Shown one piece after another: positions 26,660 through 36,053 of a stretch of DNA of 64,000 bases. The stretch's first letter is position 1, and the number at the start of each line of letters is the position of its first letter. Source of the stretch: Candidatus Kaiserbacteria bacterium RIFCSPHIGHO2_01_FULL_58_22 (GTDB lineage: Bacteria > Patescibacteriota > Minisyncoccia > Phycocordibacterales > UBA2100); NCBI GenBank assembly GCA_001781445.1, contig MFLB01000034.1, forward strand, positions 17,793-81,792. The letters are read 5' to 3'. The translations under genes were made by a program, and so were the position numbers. A model generated the notes under the pieces. The model was not told where the DNA came from, did no database searches, and saw only the letters and a list, made by a program, of their open reading frames with translations.

Positions 26660-26782
26660 GCGTATGCTCAAACTGCTTCTCGCCCTGTTCGTATTCTTTT
26701 TTCTGGTCGAGCTCGCAACCGCGATCCTCACGCTCCTCTCGCGACCGGACATCGGCGGAAGCCGGGAACAACCCATTGCGGG
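26660..26782 (+). CDS. candidate small hydrophobic peptide (40 aa; MLKLLLALFVFFFLVELATAILTLLSRPDIGGSREQPIAG)
   Basis: Below the ORF-track cutoff. Found by manual translation. GC-rich third positions are consistent with the genome. Confidence 0.2.
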
Positions 26783-26944
26783 ATAGGACCGCGCAAACGT
26801 TGTCCCCACCGTTCGCGATACGCGCTTGACGCGAAGGCGAGGGCGTATAGAATCAGGCGAATGAAATCCCGATCAATGTGTCGCCTCTGCTGTCTGCAGG
26901 CCCCTTTTGAGGTCGGGTGTTAAATTTTCTTTTTTTGAAAATTA

Positions 26945-26980
26945 GCGAACGGCCTCGAAGGGGGCCGTTCGCGCTTTTAT
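26945..26980 (+). terminator. rho-independent terminator-like hairpin (GCGAACGGCC-loop-GGCCGTTCGC followed by TTTT)
   Basis: Perfect 10-bp GC-rich stem, 8-nt loop, T-run at 26975-26978. Confidence 0.55.
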
Positions 26981-27006
26981 CGCTTTCACCGATCCTAACA
27001 CAAAAC

Positions 27007-27129
27007 CATGTACCACCTCGCCACGCTCTTCATCGCCGGACTCGTCATCGCGCTTATCGTTACCGCCCTCATCGCCTTCGCCACCTCGCCGCACGGCCTC
27101 GAGCCGAAAAAAGAAAAGCCGAAACCCTG
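27007..27129 (+). CDS. candidate small membrane peptide (40 aa; MYHLATLFIAGLVIALIVTALIAFATSPHGLEPKKEKPKP), TM helix plus Lys-rich tail
   Basis: Found by manual translation. The architecture resembles type I toxin-like peptides. No SD, but SDs are generally absent here. Confidence 0.25.
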
Positions 27130-27200
27130 ACAGTTCTTGTACATAAGAACGTGTCTGGAAACCTCTCCCACCGGGAGTCCAAACATGCTCCAGTGTCGTC

Positions 27201-27230
27201 ACAGTTCTCGTACATATGTACAAGAACTGT
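27201..27230. promoter_or_regulatory. 30-bp near-perfect palindrome ACAGTTCTcGTACATA|TATGTACAaGAACTGT (core GTACATATGTAC), with a third copy of the half-site at 27130-27145
   Basis: Read from the sequence. Lies 5 bp from the cysS stop and after the small ORF. No T-run. Confidence 0.4.
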
Positions 27231-27235
27231 CATGG

Positions 27236-28723
27236 CTACGTCTTTTTGAAAAGACGCGGGCCCTCGGAAGTGTCTTCGACGATATAGTCCAATTTCCGGA
27301 GTTCGGCGCGCAATGAATCCGCGTGTTGCCAGTTCTTCTCTTTTCGGGCCGCCTCGCGCGCCTCGAGGAGCGTGCGCACGCGCCCGGGGATAGCATTGCT
27401 TTCCACCGGAGCGCCGAAGGTTTTTCGGCAGAGCGCTTCCGCCGCCGCGTCAGGTTTTGCAAGTCCGAGTCCCAATATCCGGTCGGCGTCGAGCACGCCG
27501 GCGCGGATGTTCTCGCGGGAAAGGCCGCGCTCTTTTACCATCTCCCACAAGAGCGCCAGCGCCCCGGGAGTGTCCAGATCGTCGTTGAATCGCTCGTGCA
27601 GTTTCTTCCGCCACGGCTCGGGCGCGGCCCCCGCCTTCTTTTCCGTGTCGACGAGCCGGCGAAGGCGCAAAAAGGCGGTTTGCGCGGCATCGAGCGCGTT
27701 CCACGTGAAGTTGGAATGGGTGCGGTAGTGCGAGCTCAAAAAAAGGTAGCGGAGCGCCATCGGATGGAAGCCTCTCCCGACGACTTCCGAAAGGCGGACG
27801 ACGGCACCTTCGCGCTTGGCGATCTTTTCCCCCTCGATCTGGATGTGCGCGCGATGCATCCAGAAGCGCGCGAGGGGCCTCTTGCCCGTCGCGGCCTCCG
27901 ATTGCGCGATCTCGTTGTTGTGATGTATCGGAATGTGCTCGACGCCTCCCGTGTGTATGTCTATCTGCTTTCCGAGGCAGGCGTTTATCATCGCGGAGCA
28001 TTCGATATGCCAGCCCGGGAAGCCCTTTCCCCAGGGCGAATCCCAGCCTATCGCGTCTTTGCCGGAGGAGAATTTCCAGAGCGCGAAGTCGGTCGGGTTG
28101 CGCTTCGTCGCCTTCGTTTCTATGCGGGCCCGCTCTTTCAGATCCGCGAGGTTAGCGCCGCCGAGTACGCCATAGGCGGTAAGGCGGGACGTATCGAAGT
28201 ACACTCCGTCTTCCGCCCGGTACGCGTACCCTTTTTCTTCGAGCGTTTGCACCATCGCGATCTGCGCGGGGACATAGTCGCTCGCGCGCGGAAAAACGAT
28301 GCGCTCCGTGTCGACGTTGAGCGTCCGCACGTCTTCGAGAAAGCGCCGGGCGTAGCGCTCCGCCATCGTCTTCATGTTCTCAAGTGTAGGCGCAAGGCCC
28401 TCCCGGCGGAGGCCCGTGCTCATCTTGTCCTCTCCCTCGTCGGCGTCGGAAGAGAGGTGGCCGACATCGGTGATGTTGACGACCTGCTTGACGGCGTAGC
28501 CGTTGTATTCGAGGGTGCGCCGCAGTACGTCGGCAAAGACGTAGGCGGAGAGATTCCCGATATGCTGGACGTCGTAGACGGTCGGGCCGCAGTTGTACAT
28601 GCGCACCTCGCGCGCGCGGGAGGGAAGCGTGAATTCCTGTTTCGATTTGCCGAGCGTGTTGAAGAAGAAGAGAGGAGGGCGCTTGGGCTTTCGGAATAGG
28701 AAATCGAACCACATGGCGGTCAT
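27236..28723 (-). CDS. cysS: cysteinyl-tRNA synthetase (degenerate KMSKS: GEKIAKREG)
   Basis: MYNCGPTVYDVQHIGN (HIGH motif), GFPGWHIECSAM, HHNNEIAQSEA and a C-terminal anticodon-binding region. The KMSKS position reads KIAKR. Confidence 0.85.
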   Translation of the reverse strand: MTAMWFDFLFRKPKRPPLFFFNTLGKSKQEFTLPSRAREVRMYNCGPTVYDVQHIGNLSAYVFADVLRRTLEYNGYAVKQVVNITDVGHLSSDADEGEDKMSTGLRREGLAPTLENMKTMAERYARRFLEDVRTLNVDTERIVFPRASDYVPAQIAMVQTLEEKGYAYRAEDGVYFDTSRLTAYGVLGGANLADLKERARIETKATKRNPTDFALWKFSSGKDAIGWDSPWGKGFPGWHIECSAMINACLGKQIDIHTGGVEHIPIHHNNEIAQSEAATGKRPLARFWMHRAHIQIEGEKIAKREGAVVRLSEVVGRGFHPMALRYLFLSSHYRTHSNFTWNALDAAQTAFLRLRRLVDTEKKAGAAPEPWRKKLHERFNDDLDTPGALALLWEMVKERGLSRENIRAGVLDADRILGLGLAKPDAAAEALCRKTFGAPVESNAIPGRVRTLLEAREAARKEKNWQHADSLRAELRKLDYIVEDTSEGPRLFKKT

Positions 28724-28752
28724 GATATCATGGTGGTTCGAACACGCGCCGC

Positions 28753-30462
28753 ATGGAATTATTCACCGAACTTAGCCTCATCATAGGGATCGCGACCGGC
28801 GTTGCCGCCTTGATGCGCCTCTTGCGGCAGCCGCTCATCATCGGGCACATTCTGACGGGCCTCATCGCCGGCCCCCTGCTTCTCGACCTCATCGGTTCCA
28901 CGGAGACGCTCGCCCTGATGGGAGAGATCGGCGTCGCCATCCTCCTCTTTACCGTCGGACTGCATTTGAGTCCCGACATCATCCGCACGTTCGGGAAAGT
29001 CTCCTTCATCACGGGGGTCGGGCAGGTTCTCTTTACCTCGATCGTCGGATACTTCATCGCGGCCATGCTCGGCTTTTCCCCCGCCGAGGCGTTCTATATT
29101 TCCGTCGCGCTCGCGTTCTCGAGCACCATCATCATCATGAAGCTCATCGCTGACAAGCGGGAGCTCGACGTGCTGTACGCGAAGATCGCCATCGGATTCC
29201 TCCTCGTGCAGGACCTTATCGCGGTGCTTCTTCTCCTCGGCATACCCCTGTTTTCCGCTAGCTCTTTCTCTTTTGCGGAAGTCGCGCGGTTCATTACGAC
29301 CGGGGCCGTTCTCATCGGCTTCGTCGCGCTTACGTCGCGTTTCTTCGTCTCGAAAGCAAACCGCTTTTTGGCGCAGTCGCAGGAATTCCTTTTTCTTTTC
29401 GCGATCGCGTGGGGAATAGGGATCGCGGCGCTTTTCAAGGGGCTGGGGTTCTCGCTCGAAAGCGGCGCTCTCATAGCGGGCGTGACGCTCGCGGCGCTTC
29501 CGGTGCGCCACGAGATCAGCGCGCGCCTCTCGCCCCTGCGGGATTTTTTCATCGTGATGTTCTTCGTCCTCCTCGGCTCGCAAATGCAGTTTGCCGATAT
29601 CGGCGGGAGTTTGCCAGCCGCGATCACGCTCTCGCTCCTCGTCCTCGTCGGCAATCCGCTGATACTGATGATGCTCATGGGCATTCTGGGCTACCGCAAA
29701 AAGACGAGTTTCCAAACGGGTCTCATCGTCGCGCAGATAAGCGAATTCTCCCTCATCCTCGTCGCGCTCGGAGTCTCCCTCGGGCATCTCGACCGCTCGA
29801 TCCTTTCGCTCGTAACACTCGTCGGCCTTATTACCATCTTCGGCTGTACGTACCTCGTGCTGTATTCCGATCGGCTCTTTCACGCGCTCGCCCCGTTCTT
29901 GGGCATGTTCGAGCGCGCGAACGCGTTCGAACCTCGCGCGCGCCGGAGCGGCCATGCCGTCGTTCTCTTCGGATGCAATCGCATCGGGCAGGATTTTCTC
30001 GAATCGCTGAAGGAGCTCGACCGGCGTTTTCTCGTCGTCGATCACGACCCCGATACCATAGCGTCGCTCGAGCGAAAGGGGATAGCGGCGGAATACGGCG
30101 ATGCGGGGGATATCGATTTTCTCGAGTCGATCGACGTGTCCAGGCTCGAGCTCGCTATCTCGACAGTCCCGGATCCCGAGACGAACCTTCTCATCACCCG
30201 GAGCATACGCTCGCGCAACCCGGATGCCGTCGTCATCGTCATCGCGCACCGCGTGGGTGACGCCCTTTCGCATTACGAGGAGGGGGTCGACTACGTCATC
30301 CTTCCGCACTTTCTCGGAGGCAAGTACGCCTCGGAGATCGTCGTGAAGTTCGGGACCGACAAGTCGAAGTACTCAACCCTGCGCTCGCGGCATATCGAGC
30401 ATCTCAAGGTCCGCATCGCCGCGGGGCACGAGCATCCGTATCCTTCCGCCGTCAAGCTGTAG
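28753..30462 (+). CDS. Kef-type (CPA2) cation:proton antiporter with C-terminal RCK/TrkA-N domain
   Basis: About 12 TM helices, then a GCNRIGQDFLESL Rossmann motif. 569 aa. Confidence 0.85.
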   Translation: MELFTELSLIIGIATGVAALMRLLRQPLIIGHILTGLIAGPLLLDLIGSTETLALMGEIGVAILLFTVGLHLSPDIIRTFGKVSFITGVGQVLFTSIVGYFIAAMLGFSPAEAFYISVALAFSSTIIIMKLIADKRELDVLYAKIAIGFLLVQDLIAVLLLLGIPLFSASSFSFAEVARFITTGAVLIGFVALTSRFFVSKANRFLAQSQEFLFLFAIAWGIGIAALFKGLGFSLESGALIAGVTLAALPVRHEISARLSPLRDFFIVMFFVLLGSQMQFADIGGSLPAAITLSLLVLVGNPLILMMLMGILGYRKKTSFQTGLIVAQISEFSLILVALGVSLGHLDRSILSLVTLVGLITIFGCTYLVLYSDRLFHALAPFLGMFERANAFEPRARRSGHAVVLFGCNRIGQDFLESLKELDRRFLVVDHDPDTIASLERKGIAAEYGDAGDIDFLESIDVSRLELAISTVPDPETNLLITRSIRSRNPDAVVIVIAHRVGDALSHYEEGVDYVILPHFLGGKYASEIVVKFGTDKSKYSTLRSRHIEHLKVRIAAGHEHPYPSAVKL

Positions 30463-30499
30463 TTTCGCGTGTTCCGCTACGCTATAATGGCCCCTCGAT

Positions 30500-31789
30500 A
30501 TGCCGGAAGAAGATAAAGAAGGCCGCCCCGTCCATCCTCGCCCAACAGGGGCATTGCCGTTCAGGGATGAGTGGCGCATCCCGGCGCGCCTTGCGATCGC
30601 AGGGGGATGCATCGCGCTCGCCGTCGGTTTTGTTCTTGGAGTGGCGCTCGTTTCAGGCAAGGGAGCGGCGGCGCAACTTTCGGGCCCGCCCGAGGGCGTG
30701 GATTTCGATCCCGTGTGGAAGGCGTGGCGCATCATAGACGAGAAGTTCGTGCCGGCCGCTGTCGCGACCTCGACGCGGGTCGCTTCCTCGACCGAGGAGA
30801 GGAACGAAGCGCGCGTCTGGGGAATGATACAGGGGCTCGCGGAGTCGCTCGGCGACCCGTACACCTTCTTCCTTCCGCCCAAGGAGAACGAGATATTCGC
30901 GGAGGACATCAGCGGCGCCTTCGAGGGCGTCGGGATGGAAATCGCGGTGCGCGATCAGGTCCTCACCGTTGTTTCGCCGCTTAAGGGGACGCCCGCGGAG
31001 CGTGCGGGCATCAGGAGCGGCGATAGGATCCTCGAGATCGACGGCGTCGAGACGCGCGGCATGGACATCTCGACCGCGGTCTCGCGCATCCGCGGGCCGC
31101 GGGGGACGCAGGTCAGGCTTCTTGTCATGCGCGAAGGGTTCCCGGAGCCGCGCGAATTCGAAGTAACCCGCGAGGTCATCAACGTGCCTATCGTCGCGAC
31201 GGAAGCGCGTTCCGGCGTATTCGTCATAGAACTCCAGAGCTTCACGGCGAATTCGCCGGAGCTCTTCAGGCGCGCGCTCCGGGAGTTCGTCGAGTCGGGC
31301 AGTCGCAATCTCGTTCTCGACCTTCGCGGAAATCCGGGCGGCTATCTGGAGGCGGCGGTCGACATGGCGAGCTGGTTCCTGCCCTCGGGTAGGGTCGTCG
31401 TCACAGAGGATTACGCCGGGAACGCCGAAAGCGTCGTGCATCGCTCGCGCGGTTACGATGTGTTCAACGAGAACCTGCGCATGGTCATTCTCGTCGACCG
31501 CGGCAGCGCCTCGGCTTCCGAGATTCTTGCCGGCGCGCTTCAGCACTACGGTATCGCTACAATGGTGGGGGACAGGACCTTCGGGAAGGGCTCGGTGCAG
31601 GAACTTGTGGAGATAACCGACGATACGTCGCTCAAGCTCACCGTCGCGCGCTGGGTGGGGCCGGGAGGCGAGCCGATACCGCTGGAAGGACTCGTCCCGG
31701 ATGTGCAGGTGAACATGACCGAAGAGGACCGGGAGGCGGGGAGAGACCCGCAGATGGAAAAAGCCGTTGAGGTAGTCAGTAGTCAGTAG
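30500..31789 (+). CDS. ctpA: carboxyl-terminal processing protease (S41 family, PDZ domain)
   Basis: LDLRGNPGGYLEAAVDMASWF and the S41 catalytic region. 429 aa. Confidence 0.85.
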   Translation: MPEEDKEGRPVHPRPTGALPFRDEWRIPARLAIAGGCIALAVGFVLGVALVSGKGAAAQLSGPPEGVDFDPVWKAWRIIDEKFVPAAVATSTRVASSTEERNEARVWGMIQGLAESLGDPYTFFLPPKENEIFAEDISGAFEGVGMEIAVRDQVLTVVSPLKGTPAERAGIRSGDRILEIDGVETRGMDISTAVSRIRGPRGTQVRLLVMREGFPEPREFEVTREVINVPIVATEARSGVFVIELQSFTANSPELFRRALREFVESGSRNLVLDLRGNPGGYLEAAVDMASWFLPSGRVVVTEDYAGNAESVVHRSRGYDVFNENLRMVILVDRGSASASEILAGALQHYGIATMVGDRTFGKGSVQELVEITDDTSLKLTVARWVGPGGEPIPLEGLVPDVQVNMTEEDREAGRDPQMEKAVEVVSSQ

Positions 31790-31803
31790 TCTGTAGTTAG
31801 TAG
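31772..31803 (+). repeat. heptamer tandem repeat (GTAGTCA x3, GTAGTCT, GTAGTTA...) overlapping ctpA stop; inverted counterpart CTAACGA/CTAACTA... at 31838-31869 running into rplI start
   Basis: 7-bp periodicity read directly from the sequence. The 14-mer TCTGTAGTTAGTAG recurs at 32595-32608. Confidence 0.7.
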
Positions 31804-31872
31804 AAAATAGTGACGAGAAAAAGAATTCAGGACCACTAACGACTAACTACTTTCTACCAACTATCTACTGTT

Positions 31873-32316
31873 ATGAAAGTGATTTTCTTGAAAGATGTGG
31901 GTGGGGTCGGCAGGGCGGGGGAGGTGAAGGATATCGCCGACGGGTACGCGCTTAATTTTTTGATACCGCGGGGGCTTGCAAAACAGGCGACCACGGAGGC
32001 GCTTGCCGAGCATGCAAAGGTCCAGGCGGCGTTGGCGGCAGAAAAAGAAAGGCGCGAAGCAGATCTCAAGGAGGCGATCCAACGGCTCCGCGGCGCGCGG
32101 ATCGAGCTCAAAGTCAGGGCGACTGAAAAAGGAGGATTATTCAAAGCGATCGGCCCGAAGGAAATAGCGGATGCGCTTCATCAGCAAAAGAGCGTTTCCA
32201 TCCCGGAGGAGGGGATCGCGCCGCTGGAGCCCGTCAAAACGACGGGCGATCACATAATAAAAATTTCCGCCTTGGGAGCGGAAACGGAGATACTGCTGAA
32301 GATCGTCGCTGTTTAG
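31873..32316 (+). CDS. rplI: 50S ribosomal protein L9
   Basis: [36 protein letters not shown] is the L9 N-domain. Confidence 0.85.
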   Translation: MKVIFLKDVGGVGRAGEVKDIADGYALNFLIPRGLAKQATTEALAEHAKVQAALAAEKERREADLKEAIQRLRGARIELKVRATEKGGLFKAIGPKEIADALHQQKSVSIPEEGIAPLEPVKTTGDHIIKISALGAETEILLKIVAV

Positions 32317-32585
32317 AGGACGTCGACGATGGGGCGGCGGGCGGAGCGGCCGTCGAAGTCGGTCTTTCTTTTGTTGCGGAAGCGCACCGTGCCCGCAACG
32401 CGCGCGAAGAGCGTGTAGTCGCTTCCGACGCCGATGTTCCGGCCCGGCAATATCTTCGTGCCGCGCTGGCGCACGACTATCTCGCCAATGGCCACTTTTT
32501 GCCCGTCGGCGCGCTTGACCCCCAAATACTTGGGATTCGAATCGCGGAGATTTTTCGCTGTTCCGCCCGCTTTGGTCGTTGCCAT
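32313..32585 (-). CDS. rpmA: 50S ribosomal protein L27
   Basis: [24 protein letters not shown]...[14 protein letters not shown]. 90 aa. Confidence 0.9.
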   Translation of the reverse strand: MATTKAGGTAKNLRDSNPKYLGVKRADGQKVAIGEIVVRQRGTKILPGRNIGVGSDYTLFARVAGTVRFRNKRKTDFDGRSARRPIVDVL

Positions 32586-32597
32586 AGAAAATAGTCT

Positions 32598-32625
32598 GTA
32601 GTTAGTAGCACGTAGTTAGTAGTTG
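32598..32625 (+). repeat. heptamer tandem repeat (GTAGTTA GTAGCAC GTAGTTA GTAGTTG)
   Basis: Four 7-bp units in the divergent rpmA / 32657 intergenic region. Confidence 0.7.
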
Positions 32626-32656
32626 AAAACAATACCAAGCCCCGTATCATGGAGCG

Positions 32657-33040
32657 GTGGTAAAGATACAGGAAAGTTGGCAGAAAATCAAGAATGCCTT
32701 GGAGGACGGGGTCGGGGAGTGGGGGGTTATCGCCATCGTGGTTTTGGTCGGATTTTCCTCGTTCGGTCTCGGGCGCCTTTCCGCGCTCGAGGGCGCAAAA
32801 CCGGCTGTTTCGATACGGGAAGCGCAGACGGGAGCCGCCGCGCGCGCGCTTCCTCTCGGCGGCCTTGTCGTCGCTTCTCGGAAGGGGAGCGCGTACCACT
32901 ATCCGTGGTGCTCGGGCGCTGAAAGTATCGCCGAGCAGAACAAGATCTGGTTCAAAAGCGAAGAAGCGGCTCGCAAAGCGGGATACACACCTGCCAAGAA
33001 TTGTAAAGGACTCGGACAGCCGGCAGCTAGTAGCCAGTAG
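32657..33040 (+). CDS. membrane-anchored hypothetical protein with C-terminal Cys-containing domain (YHYPWCSG...NCKG)
   Basis: 127-aa ORF with one TM helix. Family uncertain. Confidence 0.5.
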   Translation: MVKIQESWQKIKNALEDGVGEWGVIAIVVLVGFSSFGLGRLSALEGAKPAVSIREAQTGAAARALPLGGLVVASRKGSAYHYPWCSGAESIAEQNKIWFKSEEAARKAGYTPAKNCKGLGQPAASSQ

Positions 33041-33076
33041 CCTGCGGCCATGAGAAAATGCGCGCTATGCATCCGT

Positions 33077-33110
33077 GCTACAGGCTACCAGCTATAAGCT
33101 ACAGGCTATG
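33077..33110 (+). repeat. heptamer tandem repeat (GCTACAG GCTACCA GCTATAA GCTACAG GCTATG) ending in the ATG of the exonuclease gene
   Basis: 7-bp periodicity. A related GCTAGTA GCCAGTA GCCTGCG run at 33026-33046 overlaps the stop of the upstream gene. Confidence 0.6.
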
Positions 33111-33713
33111 CTAATCGTTGACGTTGAAGCCTCCGGAGTGGAGTATCGCACGCACTCCATCGTTTCGGTGGGAGCGCTCGATTTTGCCAACCCGCGGAAC
33201 CGTTTTTACGAAGAGTGCCGCGTGTGGGACGGAGCGCACGTCATGGACGAAGCGCTCGCGGTCAACGGCTTCACGAAAGAGCAGGTGATAGATCCGAAGA
33301 AGCAGAGCGAGGCCGATCTCATCCACGCGTTCCTAGACTGGAGCGACGGGGTCGCGGAGCGGACGCTCGCCGCGCAGAACGTTTCCTTCGACCGGGACTT
33401 TCTCAAGGCCGCGGCGGAGAGGGCGGGACACACGGAGTGGCCGTTCTCGTACCGCACCATAGACACGCACACGCTCGCCTACATGCACATGGTAACGAGG
33501 GGGCTTCAGCCGCCAGTGGACTCCGTCAAAAAACATTCCGCGCTCGATCTCGACGCGACGCTCGAATACTGCGGAATCCCGAGCGAGCCGGCGCCGCACA
33601 ACGCGCTCACGGGCGCGCTTTCGCACGCCGAGGTGATATCGCGTCTTCTGTACGGAAGAAAGCTCCTGCCGGAGTTCGACGAGTTTGAAATACCCTGGCG
33701 AAATGTTTTTTGA
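33108..33713 (+). CDS. DEDD-family 3'-5' exonuclease (DnaQ-like)
   Basis: MLIVDVEASGVEY (Exo I), HNALTGALSHAEV (Exo III-like). 201 aa. Confidence 0.7.
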   Translation: MLIVDVEASGVEYRTHSIVSVGALDFANPRNRFYEECRVWDGAHVMDEALAVNGFTKEQVIDPKKQSEADLIHAFLDWSDGVAERTLAAQNVSFDRDFLKAAAERAGHTEWPFSYRTIDTHTLAYMHMVTRGLQPPVDSVKKHSALDLDATLEYCGIPSEPAPHNALTGALSHAEVISRLLYGRKLLPEFDEFEIPWRNVF

Positions 33714-33729
33714 AGGTCGTTGGAACGAT

Positions 33730-34230
33730 ATGCGATACATTCGACGCCTTCTTACGTGGCTCTCGCTTTCTCTTATCGGGGTCGTGCATGTAATTCGGTA
33801 TTGGCTCTCACGCTTTGCGGGAGCAGGGGAAGTGCAGGGAGTACGCATTATCCTCGTTCAGGAGCGCAGAGTGGTCCTAGTATCACACTGGTACGCGCCA
33901 TGGGCGTGGACATTGCCGGGCGGCGGCGTCGAGCGCGGAGAAACACCGGAGCAAGCGGCGATACGCGAGGCACGCGAAGAAACCGGATTTGAGGTAAAGA
34001 CTATTGCCGGCGAGATTGGCACCTACACCGGCTCGATGGGGAAGAGAGACAAGATAACGGTCTTCTACACGGGAGACTTCGAAGGCTCTCTCGCCCTCCG
34101 TCCTACCATCGAGATAATGGCGCGGAGCTGGTTCGACATAGACGCTCTTCCTGCCGAAGTGTCGCCCGCGAACCGCCGGCGCATCGAAGCCTACCGGGCG
34201 GGCGGGCGGGGAGAGCAGGGGCGGTGGTAG
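33730..34230 (+). CDS. NUDIX hydrolase
   Basis: Nudix box GGGVERGETPEQAAIREAREETG. Start chosen at 33730 to avoid overlap. Confidence 0.75.
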   Translation: MRYIRRLLTWLSLSLIGVVHVIRYWLSRFAGAGEVQGVRIILVQERRVVLVSHWYAPWAWTLPGGGVERGETPEQAAIREAREETGFEVKTIAGEIGTYTGSMGKRDKITVFYTGDFEGSLALRPTIEIMARSWFDIDALPAEVSPANRRRIEAYRAGGRGEQGRW

Positions 34231-34239
34231 TTGCGGTAG

Positions 34240-35259
34240 TTATCGGTCGTCCATCTCTTTTCCGCCGTGGAACTTTTCATGTATGTCGCGCAGGCGTTTA
34301 TTGGTGACATGCGTATAGATTTGCGTGGTCGCGACGTTCTTGTGGCCGAGAAGCTCCTGCACGCTCCGCAGGTCCGCTCCGTGAGAGAGAAGATCCGTCG
34401 CGTAGGTATGCCGGAGCGTGTGGGGCGTTACCTTTTTCGCGAGGCCGGCGAGAACCGCGCATTTCGAGATCATCATTTGTATGTAGCGGGGCGAGAGGCG
34501 CCTGTTTTCGGTTTTTTTCGACCGGTGGTTGATGAAGAGCGGATCGTGGACGTCGCGGCGGGTCGCGAGGTATGCACGCAGCCACTTGGCCGCGCGGGGG
34601 GAGATGAACACCGTTCTGACATATTTTCCTTTGCCCACGATGGAAAGCTCGAACGTCCGCGCGCCGTCCTCCTGCTTGAGGAAAGAGACGCGATCGGCGT
34701 CGAGCGCGGTGAGTTCCGAAATGCGCATTCCCGAAGAGAAAAAAAGTTCCATGATCGCGCGGTCGCGCAATCCGTTCTGCGTCGAGACGTCCGGTATCTT
34801 CAGCATGCGCTCCATATCCCGCGTGTCCAAGAAGGAGATTGTCTCGTCGGACTTCTGTTTGGCAAGCTTGATCTTCGACGAAGGAAGAGACTCGATGTCG
34901 CGGTCGGCGAAATAAGCAAGAAGGGCCCGCAGGGCGATGAGGTAGTAGTTCTGGGACTTTTTGCTCAAGGAGGCGCCCACGGGCGTTTTGTGCCCGCGGG
35001 CGAGGTAGAGGCGGTAGTCCCAAATATGCCGGGCGGTAAGCTCGCGGGGAAGCAGAGACTCTTGTCCGGTTTTGCGGAGCCACGTCGTGAACAGCTTCAG
35101 ATACTGTCCGTAATTTTTCTGTGTATTGTTCGAAAGCCCTTTCTCGATCTCGCAGTAATCAAGGAACGGCGTTACGTACGATGAGATTTTCTTTTGCGTC
35201 GCGGGGGAGGTGGGGGACATGAGGTATGACTGTGACGTTACTATTATTTTATACGGCAA
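34240..35259 (-). CDS. tyrosine site-specific recombinase (XerC/XerD-like)
   Basis: C-terminal HTLRHTYATDLLSHGADLRSVQELLGHKNVATTQIYTHV (R-H-R-Y catalytic region) and an N-terminal SAM-like domain. 339 aa. Confidence 0.85.
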   Translation of the reverse strand: MPYKIIVTSQSYLMSPTSPATQKKISSYVTPFLDYCEIEKGLSNNTQKNYGQYLKLFTTWLRKTGQESLLPRELTARHIWDYRLYLARGHKTPVGASLSKKSQNYYLIALRALLAYFADRDIESLPSSKIKLAKQKSDETISFLDTRDMERMLKIPDVSTQNGLRDRAIMELFFSSGMRISELTALDADRVSFLKQEDGARTFELSIVGKGKYVRTVFISPRAAKWLRAYLATRRDVHDPLFINHRSKKTENRRLSPRYIQMMISKCAVLAGLAKKVTPHTLRHTYATDLLSHGADLRSVQELLGHKNVATTQIYTHVTNKRLRDIHEKFHGGKEMDDR

Positions 35260-35261
35260 GT

Positions 35262-36053
35262 ATGGCAGATACCATTATTCGCACAATATATGTAAAGCGA
35301 AATACGGGGATAAAGCCGCGCTCCAACTATTCTGACGCCTCTGACACCCAAACACTCTCCGCGTTGTTCAGGTACACTGCAGAGATGTCAACGTCATATC
35401 GCGATCGAATAAAACGGCTTTTGACTCCCCCCGAGCGCCGCATGTTCCAAACTCTCGCGACGCCGCAGAAGGTCCAAGACTATCTGGATACCCTTCCCAT
35501 CAATTTCGAGGCTTCGGGGGAGACCTACATGGCTCCGAGACGCGTTTTGCGGGCCAAAACGGCCCATTGCTTCGAAGGGGCGCTTTTGGCCGCCGCCGCG
35601 CTCGCGTACCACGGGCAAAAGCCCCTATTGCTCGATTTCAGGACGATTCCCGACGATGAAGACCATGTGGTGGCGCTTTTCCGGCAAAACGGCTACTGGG
35701 GCGCGATAAGCAAGACCAATCACGCCATCCTGCGCTATCGCGAACCGGCATACCGAAGCCCGCGCGAGCTCGCCATATCATTCTTCCACGAGTACCTGAT
35801 GTGGGATGGCCGTAAATCACTGCGGGCGTATTCAAGGCCGTTTGACCTCTCGAAATTCGCGCCAGAGCGGTGGGTCACGGCCGATAAGGAGTTGTTCTGG
35901 CTTGTAGAAGCGCTTGATAAGACCCGCCACTTCCCTACCGTTCCGAAAAAAAATCTCCGCACGCTCCGCAAGGCATACAAAATCGAATTGCGCGCGATGA
36001 AGCTCGTCGAATGGAAGCGCAAAAAACGCCTACCCCGCAGTCGTCAGAGATAG
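35262..36053 (+). CDS. hypothetical protein with transglutaminase-like Cys-His-Asp motif (tentative)
   Basis: KTAHCFEGALLAAAALAYHG...DEDHVVALF resembles the transglutaminase-like cysteine peptidase core. Weak assignment. Confidence 0.45.
   Translation: MADTIIRTIYVKRNTGIKPRSNYSDASDTQTLSALFRYTAEMSTSYRDRIKRLLTPPERRMFQTLATPQKVQDYLDTLPINFEASGETYMAPRRVLRAKTAHCFEGALLAAAALAYHGQKPLLLDFRTIPDDEDHVVALFRQNGYWGAISKTNHAILRYREPAYRSPRELAISFFHEYLMWDGRKSLRAYSRPFDLSKFAPERWVTADKELFWLVEALDKTRHFPTVPKKNLRTLRKAYKIELRAMKLVEWKRKKRLPRSRQR

Noticed and set aside
28759-31546. 516-aa and 297-aa minus-strand ORFs opposite the Kef antiporter and CtpA genes
   Set aside because: They are antisense to clear plus-strand genes. 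Their highly charged low-complexity sequence is typical of GC-rich noise.
34240-35259. XerC/D-like recombinase as the integrase of an island
   Set aside because: I saw no flanking direct repeats, tRNA, or GC shift around it. Its neighbours are housekeeping genes, so it is more likely the chromosomal dimer-resolution recombinase. It is also 27 kb from the repeat-bounded insert.
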